A DNA stretch of 64,000 bases, taken from contig OY760907.1 of NCBI GenBank assembly GCA_963664195.1, forward strand, positions 918,439 to 982,438, read 5' to 3'. Position 1 is the first letter of the stretch; each line of letters starts with the position of its first letter. Positions 39,879-48,355 of the stretch are shown one piece after another. The notes beneath the pieces are model-generated. The model searched no databases, was not told the DNA's origin, and saw nothing but the letters and a program-made list of their open reading frames with translations. The position numbers and the translations under genes were made by a program. This DNA is from an uncultured candidate division Zixibacteria bacterium (GTDB taxonomy: Bacteria; Zixibacteria; MSB-5A5; GN15; FEB-12).

Positions 39879-40667
39879 ATGATCCAGATTTCCAACCTAT
39901 GCCGTTCCTTTGACTCGCTCAAGGCTGTCGATGACCTCTCGTTCGAGGTTCGCGCCGGAGAGATTTTCGCGTTGCTCGGTCCCAACGGTGCCGGCAAAAC
40001 AACCACGATCAAGATGATTCTCGGTATGCTCAGGCCCGATAGCGGCTACGTGAAGTTTCAGGGTGCCGAAATCTCAATCGAGGATTGCAGTCACAAGTCG
40101 CGGATCGGTTACGTTCCGGAAAGCTGTGCTCTCTACGAAAACCTGACCGGTATGGAGTATCTAAGATTCGTCGGTCATCTGCACCATCTGCCGGAAGAGG
40201 AGACGCATCAGAAAGCCGAGCAGATGCTGGAAGCTCTCGGTCTCACGGATTCCGCCGGTAAACTGATCCGCGAGTACTCAAAAGGAATGAAACAGAAAAT
40301 CCTGATCGCATCGGCGCTTATGCATGATCCCGATCTTATCATACTCGATGAGCCGTTCTCCGGTCTCGATGCAAACGCCGTGTCCGTTTTCAAGGAGCTG
40401 TTCAAGGAACAGGCACGCCAGGGCAAAGCGTTGATCTTTTGCTCACACGTACTTGAAGTCGTCGAGCGGCTGGTGAGCCGGATTCTTATCGTCAAAAACG
40501 GCAAGGCTCTCGCAGCTGGTACGCCCGAAGAAATCCTTCTGCAGACCGGACACAAAAGCCTTGATCGCGCCTTCAACGATTTGACCGGGGCGGGCGATAT
40601 AGATCTTCGTGCGAAAGACATCGCGGGGATCATCGGCAACGGCTTGAAGAGGTCATCGAATGAATAG
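39879..40667 (+). CDS. ABC transporter ATP-binding protein (ABC-2 subfamily)
   Basis: Walker A 'GPNGAGKTT', signature 'YSKGMKQK', Walker B 'LIILDEPFSGLD', and an AGGAG RBS. Confidence 0.9.
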   Translation: MIQISNLCRSFDSLKAVDDLSFEVRAGEIFALLGPNGAGKTTTIKMILGMLRPDSGYVKFQGAEISIEDCSHKSRIGYVPESCALYENLTGMEYLRFVGHLHHLPEEETHQKAEQMLEALGLTDSAGKLIREYSKGMKQKILIASALMHDPDLIILDEPFSGLDANAVSVFKELFKEQARQGKALIFCSHVLEVVERLVSRILIVKNGKALAAGTPEEILLQTGHKSLDRAFNDLTGAGDIDLRAKDIAGIIGNGLKRSSNE

Positions 40668-42321
40668 TCAGGCACAGAAACTCGACTGGCATCAGTTCAA
40701 GACTTTGCTTCGTTTCTCGCTCAAGATGGATTGGCGGGGTGCGTCCAATCCGTTCACCGGCTACATGATCGAGAAAAAGAGCAAAGTCCCCGGTATGGTG
40801 GTTGTGCTCGGAATTAACTTCTCTGCCTCCGTCATTATGGTAATGATGCTGGTAGAGATAGGCGATCCGTTCATTGGGATTGTGTTCGCCGCAACGCTGG
40901 CGATGGCCATCATCTCGCTGCAGGTTCTGCTTGAGTTCGGCAATCTCATTATGACTCCGGATGATTACGACATCATCTCGCCGCATCCGGTGAACTCAAA
41001 GACGTTCTATATCTCCAAGTTGGGGCACCTTCTCTCGTACGTCACATTGCTGTCGCTGACGGCATCCCTGCTACCTTGCATAGCGGGAGGAGTGATCTAC
41101 GAGTCGATACTCATTCCGATCGAAGTGGTCCTGGTTTTCTGGCTGTGCAGCGTGTTCGCCTGCGTGGCCATGATGAACCTGTACACACTGGTGTTGAAAA
41201 TGATCGACCGACGTCGTTTGGAACAGCTGCTCGGCTACACACACATGGTACTGCTGTTCGGGCTGATGCTCTGCTTCAACTACATTCCGCGACTGGTCAG
41301 GAGCCTGGGAGCAGATTTCGATTACGCCGGGCTGTGGTGGCTCAAGGCCCTTCCGGCCAACTGGATCGCCGCCCCCGTGAAACTACTGAGCGACGGTTGG
41401 AACAACGAGTTGGTCTGGTGGAGCGTCCTGGGGTTTGGTCTGATGCTGGGGTTGGGGCGATTTGCCGTGTCATACCTGTCGCTGTCGTATGCCGAGTCGT
41501 TGAACCGAACCTCCTGGACAACCGAAGATTCGTCTGCGGCCAACCAACCCGGCATTATAAGCCGACTGCTCTTCAAAGGCAGCAGCCCGGAGGACCGCGC
41601 GCTCATGATGCTCGTACGGGCCAATTTCAAACATGACACTCGGTTCCGAATGGGCGTACTCGCGTTCCTGCCGCTGTTGGTTTTTTACCTCGTGTACGGT
41701 CTAGCTATTTCTGAAGGTGCCGCAATCACCGACCCGCTGGCCCCCATGCTGGCGACGGGAGGCGACCGGGTTCACGGCGGTATGACCAACTTCCTGTTTG
41801 GCATTGTGGCACTGGGTTCACCCGCATGGGTAATCGTTGCGATGCAGATGTCGAAAGAATGGCGGGCGGCCTGGGTCTTTTTTGCTGCGCCGATTGACCG
41901 CGTCCGCATGGTCAACTCGATGAGCCGTTTGACCTATCGCATTCTTCTCCTGCCGCTGGGCGTGGTGCTTTGTGCGATCCTCACCTATCTCTACGGCAAT
42001 GTCCTCCATGCGATCATGCACTCCGCCGCTATGGTGGCAGTGGCAATGGCCGGCACGGCGTTAATCACGACGGTCAGTATTCGGATGCCATTTGCGCTGG
42101 AGTACACCTCGGGCAACAGTACTTCCTCGACCTTGAAACCGATGATGCTGTCGATGGTGTCGTTCGGGATTCCGATAGGCATAGTCAGCTTTGCCGGATA
42201 TTTCGGCTATCTTGGCTGGGTGATTTTTGTCACGGCGGCACTGGTGGCGTGGTATCTACTCACTCGCGGACGCGACGCCCGAATCGAAAAAGAGGCGAAA
42301 ACCTGGCAGTTCACGGGCTAG
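40660..42321 (+). CDS. Large (553 aa) polytopic membrane protein, putative ABC-2 permease partner
   Basis: Its start overlaps the ATPase stop. There are roughly 12 or more predicted TM helices. No family motif was recognised. Confidence 0.75.
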   Translation: MNSQAQKLDWHQFKTLLRFSLKMDWRGASNPFTGYMIEKKSKVPGMVVVLGINFSASVIMVMMLVEIGDPFIGIVFAATLAMAIISLQVLLEFGNLIMTPDDYDIISPHPVNSKTFYISKLGHLLSYVTLLSLTASLLPCIAGGVIYESILIPIEVVLVFWLCSVFACVAMMNLYTLVLKMIDRRRLEQLLGYTHMVLLFGLMLCFNYIPRLVRSLGADFDYAGLWWLKALPANWIAAPVKLLSDGWNNELVWWSVLGFGLMLGLGRFAVSYLSLSYAESLNRTSWTTEDSSAANQPGIISRLLFKGSSPEDRALMMLVRANFKHDTRFRMGVLAFLPLLVFYLVYGLAISEGAAITDPLAPMLATGGDRVHGGMTNFLFGIVALGSPAWVIVAMQMSKEWRAAWVFFAAPIDRVRMVNSMSRLTYRILLLPLGVVLCAILTYLYGNVLHAIMHSAAMVAVAMAGTALITTVSIRMPFALEYTSGNSTSSTLKPMMLSMVSFGIPIGIVSFAGYFGYLGWVIFVTAALVAWYLLTRGRDARIEKEAKTWQFTG

Positions 42322-42689
42322 AAGTGGTGTTCACCGATACAAGATGCGCAGAACACACGAAGACTCACGGGACCACACAACACGTTGTCGCCCAGCATCT
42401 TACGGCACGCTCAGGGTCTGGCGGTTCAGGCCAGTTGGAAAAATACTGAAAATAAACTCCATTTTGCCAGAATAATGGTAGGTTTTTGAGAAACAGCAGA
42501 GTAACTTATTCGCCACAGATTCATTTTGAGTTCAGTCTTTGTCGCAGTATTGTCTTAATCTACAACCTTGCATAAAGCTTAATCTCGAATTGATCGCGCA
42601 ATCACGCGCAAGACATCATTTGTCTTGGAGTATACCGGAGCCTGCTGGAATCGGAATTCACTTCGGGATAAGCAACTAAGGAGTGTAGA

Positions 42690-42986
42690 ATGAATATCTA
42701 CATCGGAAACTTGTCGTTTAAGTCGACAGAAGATCAGTTACGCCAGGCCTTCGAGGGTTATGGTGAAGTTACGTCCGTCAGCATCATTACTGATAAGTAT
42801 ACGGGTGACCCGAGAGGTTTCGCGTTTATCGAAATGCCGGCCAAGGACGAGGCTATTGCTGCCATCGCCGGCCTGAACGGTCAGGACCTCGATGGTCGCG
42901 CATTGAACGTCAACGAAGCCAAGCCGCGCACCGGTGGCAGCGGCGGCGGTGGTAACCGTGGCGGCGGCGGACGCGGTCGTTACTAG
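42690..42986 (+). CDS. RRM-type glycine-rich RNA-binding protein
   Basis: RNP-2 'IYIGNL', RNP-1 'RGFAFIEM' and a C-terminal GGSGGGGNRGGGGRGRY tail. An AAGGAG RBS is present. Confidence 0.9.
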   Translation: MNIYIGNLSFKSTEDQLRQAFEGYGEVTSVSIITDKYTGDPRGFAFIEMPAKDEAIAAIAGLNGQDLDGRALNVNEAKPRTGGSGGGGNRGGGGRGRY

Positions 42987-43033
42987 ACTGTCCTCTGCTG
43001 CATCAAGATAACTGATCTTGATACAAGTGCAAA

Positions 43034-43067
43034 GCGACCGGCGAAATGCCGGCCGCTTTTTTTGTGT
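43034..43067 (+). terminator. Rho-independent terminator after the RRM gene
   Basis: gcgaccggcgaaatgccggccgc followed by T7. Confidence 0.6.
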
Positions 43068-43393
43068 CTGGAGCAAGTTTGCCTCAGTGCCGCAGACTCA
43101 AACACCCCTCCAAGCAAGCTTGAAGGGTCCGCCCGGATTCTGTAGCCGAAAATCAGTCTCCATCCAACGGGTGCCACCCTCAAGCGATTCGACGAGTCCA
43201 CAGCCAAAGATTATGATCGGAGCTTGAGGGTGTTGACACGTACAGCACAACTACTTCTTCGGTGATCTCTTCTTGTCGTTGAACTCGGGAAGACCCCCGA
43301 ATTCTGTCGCAAAACGAGCGCCCTCACGAATCAATTGGTCAACGCTTTCCCAAGGAACTGTATGTCCCATCATCGCGATGTTATCCGTCGGCG

Positions 43394-43657
43394 TTGCCCG
43401 AGATGACCTATCCCGATGATATGCACCTGCGTTGGGTTAAACACCAGGGGGACATCAAGTGGAAACAGCGCCATGTCTATCTCTCGGCCACGCTGGCCGG
43501 CCAACTCGTGGGGCTTCGTCAGATTGACGAGGATCTCTGGGACATCTACTTCGGACCCATCCGACTGGCCCAACTCGACACCGTCAAGAAAAGACTGATT
43601 CACCTACCGAAAACGAAGAAACGCAAAAGCAGGCATTCGACAGGAAAAGAGCATTGA
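43394..43657 (+). pseudogene. C-terminal fragment of a transposase (Mu-transposase-C-like beta-barrel domain)
   Basis: 'RWVKHQGDIKWKQRHVYLSATLAGQLVGLRQIDEDLWDIYFGPIRLAQLD' matches the pattern of the C-terminal domain of IS21/IS481/Mu-type transposases. No DDE catalytic core is present upstream. Confidence 0.4.
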
Positions 43658-43720
43658 TAACCAAAAAAGTGTTACCTATGTGCCTGGATTAATCTGTAAC
43701 CTATGTCCGGATCAGACAGT

Positions 43721-43864
43721 AGCCCGGTAGCCCATCCGTCCTCGGGTGGGTTCCAGATGTATGCGCCAAGGCTCCACCCACGTGATTAGAATATACAAAG
43801 AGACCTACAATCCCACAACAAAAAAGCCCCCGCGCTTGCGGGGACTTTCATATTATGGCGGGGT
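43721..43864. repeat. 144-bp direct repeat, copy 1 (identical to 44829..44972)
   Basis: The two copies are 100% identical by direct comparison. The repeat contains a terminator hairpin (cccccgcgcttgcgggg) and ends with 9 nt identical to the tRNA-Asp 3' end. Confidence 0.9.
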
Positions 43865-44129
43865 GGACCTCACTCTCCCCAAACTTTTGTGGAATTCGAA
43901 TTTCTGGTGAAATTCAGCTATTCAATGGCATGTGAAAGTCGTTGGAAAGTAATAAAGTACAAAAAGCGGCCGAATAGAATTGATATAGATTATTAAGCCA
44001 ATAGACTGCTGCAATCGCTGCGATCCGGGCAGTTATTGCAGTGCAAGTATAATTAGCAACTGTTATGGCTGCCCCAGTAATCATCTGAATTCGTAATATG
44101 CAATCACTGATAATTGCACAACCATGTGT

Positions 44130-44762
44130 TCAAGTATCCGTCTCCGCCGACCCCGGTTCATTTGTGAATGTAAGGAGGTTGCGAAGGGGGGGGCCATTAG
44201 GTAGCTTGGCATCGATGCTAGCACCTGCTTTGATAAGGTATTGCGCGCAATCCAGATGTTCATTTAAGATCGCATAGCCAAGCGCTGTCACTCCGCTTGC
44301 ACTGGTGTCTTCAAGGGAGACTTTATAGCCCAGAGTCAGCTCTTTGATGGCAGCCAGGTCGCCAGAGTAAGCGGCAAGATGTAGGGCACCAACACCCTGC
44401 TTGTTCTGGATGCTGGTGTCCGCCTTCTTTAACAAAAGGAGAAAAAAGGTCTTATGGCGGGCTTCTTCGGGCGCCTCACCACAAAGGAATGTGCCCTCGA
44501 GCGGAGTATCCTTGGCGCGCACAAGGCAATGAAGAGGAGTATCACCATTATGGTCCTGTGCGTTCACGTCGGCATCATAGAGAACTAATAGTTCGGCCAT
44601 TTTATGCTGCCATCCGGACACTGCTGCATGTAGCATGGTGGAACCGCTCGCGTCTGCATACGACACCGGCCCACCGGCTCGCAAGAAAGCAACCACGAAG
44701 TTCATATCGCCTGCAAAGGCAGAGATTTGCGGCTTGCTTCCTACAGAATCATGTTCGGGCAT
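44130..44762 (-). CDS. Ankyrin-repeat protein (lower-GC, island-borne)
   Basis: It has four to five ANK repeats (…DHNGDTPLHCLV…, …GVGALHLAAYSGDLAAIKEL…, …GVTALGYAILNEHLDCAQYLIKAGA…). GC is about 52%, against about 59% for the window. Confidence 0.75.
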   Translation of the reverse strand: MPEHDSVGSKPQISAFAGDMNFVVAFLRAGGPVSYADASGSTMLHAAVSGWQHKMAELLVLYDADVNAQDHNGDTPLHCLVRAKDTPLEGTFLCGEAPEEARHKTFFLLLLKKADTSIQNKQGVGALHLAAYSGDLAAIKELTLGYKVSLEDTSASGVTALGYAILNEHLDCAQYLIKAGASIDAKLPNGPPLRNLLTFTNEPGSAETDT

Positions 44763-44828
44763 TTATTCTCCAACCTTGAAGCTTCTCAGGTCTTCTTCCG
44801 CACTATGCAACAGCGCTTGGATTTCCCC

Positions 44829-44972
44829 AGCCCGGTAGCCCATCCGTCCTCGGGTGGGTTCCAGATGTATGCGCCAAGGCTCCACCCACGTGATTAGAAT
44901 ATACAAAGAGACCTACAATCCCACAACAAAAAAGCCCCCGCGCTTGCGGGGACTTTCATATTATGGCGGGGT
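44829..44972. repeat. 144-bp direct repeat, copy 2, abutting and overlapping tRNA-Asp 3' end
   Basis: See copy 1. The last 9 nt (44964-44972) are the tRNA acceptor 3' end. Confidence 0.9.
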
Positions 44973-45040
44973 TGACGAGACTCGAACTCGCGGCCTCCTG
45001 CGTGACAGGCAGGCGTTCTAACCAACTGAACTACAACCCC
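44964..45040 (-). tRNA. tRNA-Asp (GTC)
   Basis: The read GGGGTTGTAGTTCAGTTGGTTAGAACGCCTGCCTGTCACGCAGGAGGCCGCGAGTTCGAGTCTCGTCAACCCCGCCA folds as a cloverleaf with anticodon loop CTGTCAC. CCA is encoded. Confidence 0.9.
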
Positions 45041-45124
45041 GATACTTTTCGTATCTATCGTCCAATCAACTCCAATCTTGAAGCCGATCAGGTATGTCGT
45101 CGCGCCACGAGGGGCCCAAACAAA

Positions 45125-45198
45125 TGGGCGATACTGGATTCGAACCAGTGACCCCCTGCGTGTAAGGCAGGTGCTCTAACCAGCTGAGCTAACCGCCC
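45125..45198 (-). tRNA. tRNA-Val (TAC)
   Basis: The read GGGCGGTTAGCTCAGCTGGTTAGAGCACCTGCCTTACACGCAGGGGGTCACTGGTTCGAATCCAGTATCGCCCA folds as a cloverleaf with anticodon loop CTTACAC. Confidence 0.9.
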
Positions 45199-45410
45199 TC
45201 TATGTCAATCATCCGCCAACCAACCTCAAAGCCATTCTGGTCAATGACCGTGCCTCCGTCAGCGGGCAACCAATATACACAAGATTTGCAAATACGCAAG
45301 AGAATTACAGCCCGAAAAAAGCCCATTCTACAACCGTATGTACATAAAAGGCCGCCAGGCGACCCTCACCTCAGCTCTCTCCAGACCACGACAGATACAG
45401 CCGAAGCCGT

Positions 45411-45695
45411 CTACCGCTCCGCTACCTGGCCGCCGTCAGACTCGGCGACTTCTCTGTCGTCGGGTCTCCCCTTGGCCATAATCGCAAACGGTATCAGTGC
45501 ATAACCGATCACCAGAACAATCGGCGCCACCTTAAGCGTCACGCTGTTGTTGGGATCGTCGCCGTAGCCCAGACAGATATATCCGATTACCAGAACCACC
45601 ATCGACACGGCAAAGAGAATATAGTTCTTCTTGCCGAACGGCCAAATGATGGTCTTCGATCCGGACTCTTCCGCTTTTTTCTTCTTAATTGCCAT
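45411..45695 (-). CDS. Small two-TM membrane protein
   Basis: MAIKKKKAEESGSK… is followed by two hydrophobic helices. It lies downstream of the O-antigen ligase in the same orientation. Confidence 0.55.
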   Translation of the reverse strand: MAIKKKKAEESGSKTIIWPFGKKNYILFAVSMVVLVIGYICLGYGDDPNNSVTLKVAPIVLVIGYALIPFAIMAKGRPDDREVAESDGGQVAER

Positions 45696-45732
45696 ATACT
45701 TACCGCCTAAAATAGCGACCAACGCCCTGCTG

Positions 45733-47001
45733 TCAAGGTTCTATATCGATCACCGTCAGTTTTCCTTCGTCCGGAGCTTTATACCAAACGGAGAGCCCGA
45801 CCGCCCAGACAAACATCAACACCTGTCTCGCCTCCTCGTCAGCAAAGGTCGCCTCGGTCGCCGATGACGCTAAGAACACGACTGAGCCAAGCAGCGAGGC
45901 CGCCAGCAGCCTCCTTGCGCGAGTGTCTGGCCCGGCCCGCCTGTAACCAATCCACAGGTACAGAAGAACACACCCCCACATACCTGCAAACAGAACACCG
46001 CCCGGAATACCGGCGATGGCCGTGACGTTCAATAAGTCGTTGTGTGCGTGTGCATACCAGCGGTTCGAGCCCACCGACTCCATCACGCGATCTCGATAAT
46101 TCTCAAAAAAGCTACCCGCCCCTACGCCGGTCACAGGATGGTCCTCGATAATATCAAGCGTGGTGCGCCAGATGAAACGACGCCCACCCGGCCACTCTTT
46201 GGTCATGTGCTTGTCCAGATTCTCTCCGAAACGACCGCTAATACCCTGGATGGAGTACATCAATCCGACTACACCGAGCAGCAACGCCAAACCAACCGGG
46301 AGATACTTTCTCCGAATGAAAAACAGCAGCAAAACCAGCCCTACCAACAGCGCCAGCAAAGGGCCACGACTGTTACTCATCACGGTAGACATCACGGCGG
46401 CCACACCACCGAAGGTAACCAGTCCTCTTGAGAACCCGGTCAGATCACACTTGCCGGCAAACCGGTAGCCCAGAAGAAACAGCGCCGCCATTGCCGAGTA
46501 ATTGCCAAAAGTCAGCGGATGCGAGAAATTCCCACTGATACGAACCGAAGTGTCCGCAGTTACCTGAAGCCCCTCCTCCCAATGAATTCCAAGCTTACCC
46601 CACAACCCCCAGGCACCGTACAACATGACAAGGATCACGCCGAGAGACAGCAGCGCCACGAACCGATCAAGATTCTTCCCCCGCGGCATCCAATAGATAG
46701 CCAGGGGGACAAGAACAAAAAGCCATTCTTCCCTGATGTTGTTTAGTGATTCGAGAGGCGTACCGTTAACCAGGGCCGCAAAGACCATCCAACTCACGTA
46801 CGCCCCCACTGCAATGTAGAACCATTTCAGCGGGCGAACAAACGGACGGTACTTCTCGCGAATGGCAATGATGATGAACAAAACCACCGAGACTTCGACC
46901 GCGAATTGCGAAAGGGCAATGGAGAACGTCGATGCAAACGCGAACAGCAAAAGGAACCAGAAGAGCACCCGGGAGAGTTTACCAGTTGTCGTGTCGCTCA
47001 T
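45733..47001 (-). CDS. O-antigen ligase-family (Wzy_C) membrane protein
   Basis: About 12 TM segments with a Wzy_C-like periplasmic loop ('…WYAHAHNDLLNV…'). Confidence 0.8.
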   Translation of the reverse strand: MSDTTTGKLSRVLFWFLLLFAFASTFSIALSQFAVEVSVVLFIIIAIREKYRPFVRPLKWFYIAVGAYVSWMVFAALVNGTPLESLNNIREEWLFVLVPLAIYWMPRGKNLDRFVALLSLGVILVMLYGAWGLWGKLGIHWEEGLQVTADTSVRISGNFSHPLTFGNYSAMAALFLLGYRFAGKCDLTGFSRGLVTFGGVAAVMSTVMSNSRGPLLALLVGLVLLLFFIRRKYLPVGLALLLGVVGLMYSIQGISGRFGENLDKHMTKEWPGGRRFIWRTTLDIIEDHPVTGVGAGSFFENYRDRVMESVGSNRWYAHAHNDLLNVTAIAGIPGGVLFAGMWGCVLLYLWIGYRRAGPDTRARRLLAASLLGSVVFLASSATEATFADEEARQVLMFVWAVGLSVWYKAPDEGKLTVIDIEP

Positions 47002-47588
47002 GCGAAGAGATCTCTCTCCACCAGTTCAACCAGTGTGTGCACGAGGAACAGATGCTCTTCCTGGATACGTTGCGTCGAGGAATCAGGAATGACCAGAGGC
47101 CGATCTACCATACTGACCAGTTTGCCGCCATTACCGCCGAGCAGAGCGGCAGTTAACACGGTCTTCTGGTGCGCCGTCGTAACCGCACGGACCAGATTCT
47201 CCGAGTTGCCGGAAGTCGACATCACCAACAGCATGTCACCCTTGTTGCCGAGCGCTTCTACCTGTCGGGCAAATATGTTGTCATATCCGTAGTCATTTGC
47301 ACAGGCCGTAATGACCGAGGTATCGGCAGTCAGAGAAATCGCGGGAAGTGCCTGACGGTTCCTGGCCGAGGTCAACCGCACCACCATCTCCGCAGCGAAA
47401 TGACACGACATAGAGGCCGACCCGCCGTTGCCGGCAATCAACAGTTTCCCCCCCGCCCCTAACACACCGGAGATGACCGCAGCCATTTCGATTACGCGCG
47501 CCCCCAACTCTTCAACTACCGTGCGACGCAGCAAACTTGAATGCTCGGCGTGCTTTCTCAATTCCAGAAGGACTTCCTGCTCACTCAT
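46998..47588 (-). CDS. gmhA: SIS-domain phosphoheptose isomerase (GmhA/DiaA family)
   Basis: 'GNGGSASMSCHFAAEM' and 'STSGNSENL' are SIS motifs, and the gene is adjacent to the LPS ligase. Confidence 0.8.
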   Translation of the reverse strand: MSEQEVLLELRKHAEHSSLLRRTVVEELGARVIEMAAVISGVLGAGGKLLIAGNGGSASMSCHFAAEMVVRLTSARNRQALPAISLTADTSVITACANDYGYDNIFARQVEALGNKGDMLLVMSTSGNSENLVRAVTTAHQKTVLTAALLGGNGGKLVSMVDRPLVIPDSSTQRIQEEHLFLVHTLVELVERDLFA

Positions 47589-48355
47589 ACTCTAACAGCT
47601 CTCCGGGGATGTGAGGCAGCAGTCAACTCTCTCAAACGAGTCAGGGAGCAATCACGCTCCAACCTGGTGCCCATGATTATAAACGACGCTCCCGCCCCGA
47701 CTCTGGACGCACAGTCTTCCGGCGTATGCAACCCGCCTCCGACCATCAGGGGAATGTCTACTATAGAAGAGACGGCCTCTACCATCTCCACCGGCACCGC
47801 CTTCTCCGCACCGGACCCGGCTTCGAGATAGGCCAGCTTCATACCCATATATTGCGCCGCAAGCGCGTGGGCACAGGCGATATCCGGTTTGTTGCGTGGT
47901 ATCGGCAGCGATGCAGAAATAAACTGCACCGAAGTCAGCGGACCGGACTCAATCAACATGTATCCCGTGGGGATGGCCTCAAGTCCGGCGGCCTTGATAA
48001 ACGGTGCCCCCTTCACCTGCTCGTCAATCAGGTACTGCGGATTGCGACCGGAGATCAGCGACGTGAACAAAATCGCATCGGCAGACGATGTTATCTGCGT
48101 GTACGATCCGGGGAATATCACGACAGGCAACGGCGTCACACTCTTGATCTCTTCGACCGCGGCTGAGAAATTGCCTGCCATCATAAACGATGTTCCAACC
48201 AGGATAGCATCAACACCCGAATCTGCCGCTGCAGACGCAAGGGTCAGATAATCTCTCGGCTCCGATCGATCAGGATCAATCAGAAGTAGAAACCCGCCGC
48301 CGCGCTCTTCCCGAGCTCTCAGCAAAGCCTGATAGACGTGGTCCATTTTGCTCAC
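47585..48355 (-). CDS. GGGPS/PcrB-family (geranylgeranylglyceryl- or heptaprenylglyceryl-phosphate synthase-like) TIM-barrel prenyltransferase
   Basis: It has 'LLLIDPDR' at the N-terminus, 'GTSFMM' and a C-terminal 'PLMVGGGLHTPED', matching the family's DPD and GGG(I/L) phosphate-binding motifs. Confidence 0.75.
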   Translation of the reverse strand: MSKMDHVYQALLRAREERGGGFLLLIDPDRSEPRDYLTLASAAADSGVDAILVGTSFMMAGNFSAAVEEIKSVTPLPVVIFPGSYTQITSSADAILFTSLISGRNPQYLIDEQVKGAPFIKAAGLEAIPTGYMLIESGPLTSVQFISASLPIPRNKPDIACAHALAAQYMGMKLAYLEAGSGAEKAVPVEMVEAVSSIVDIPLMVGGGLHTPEDCASRVGAGASFIIMGTRLERDCSLTRLRELTAASHPRRAVRV

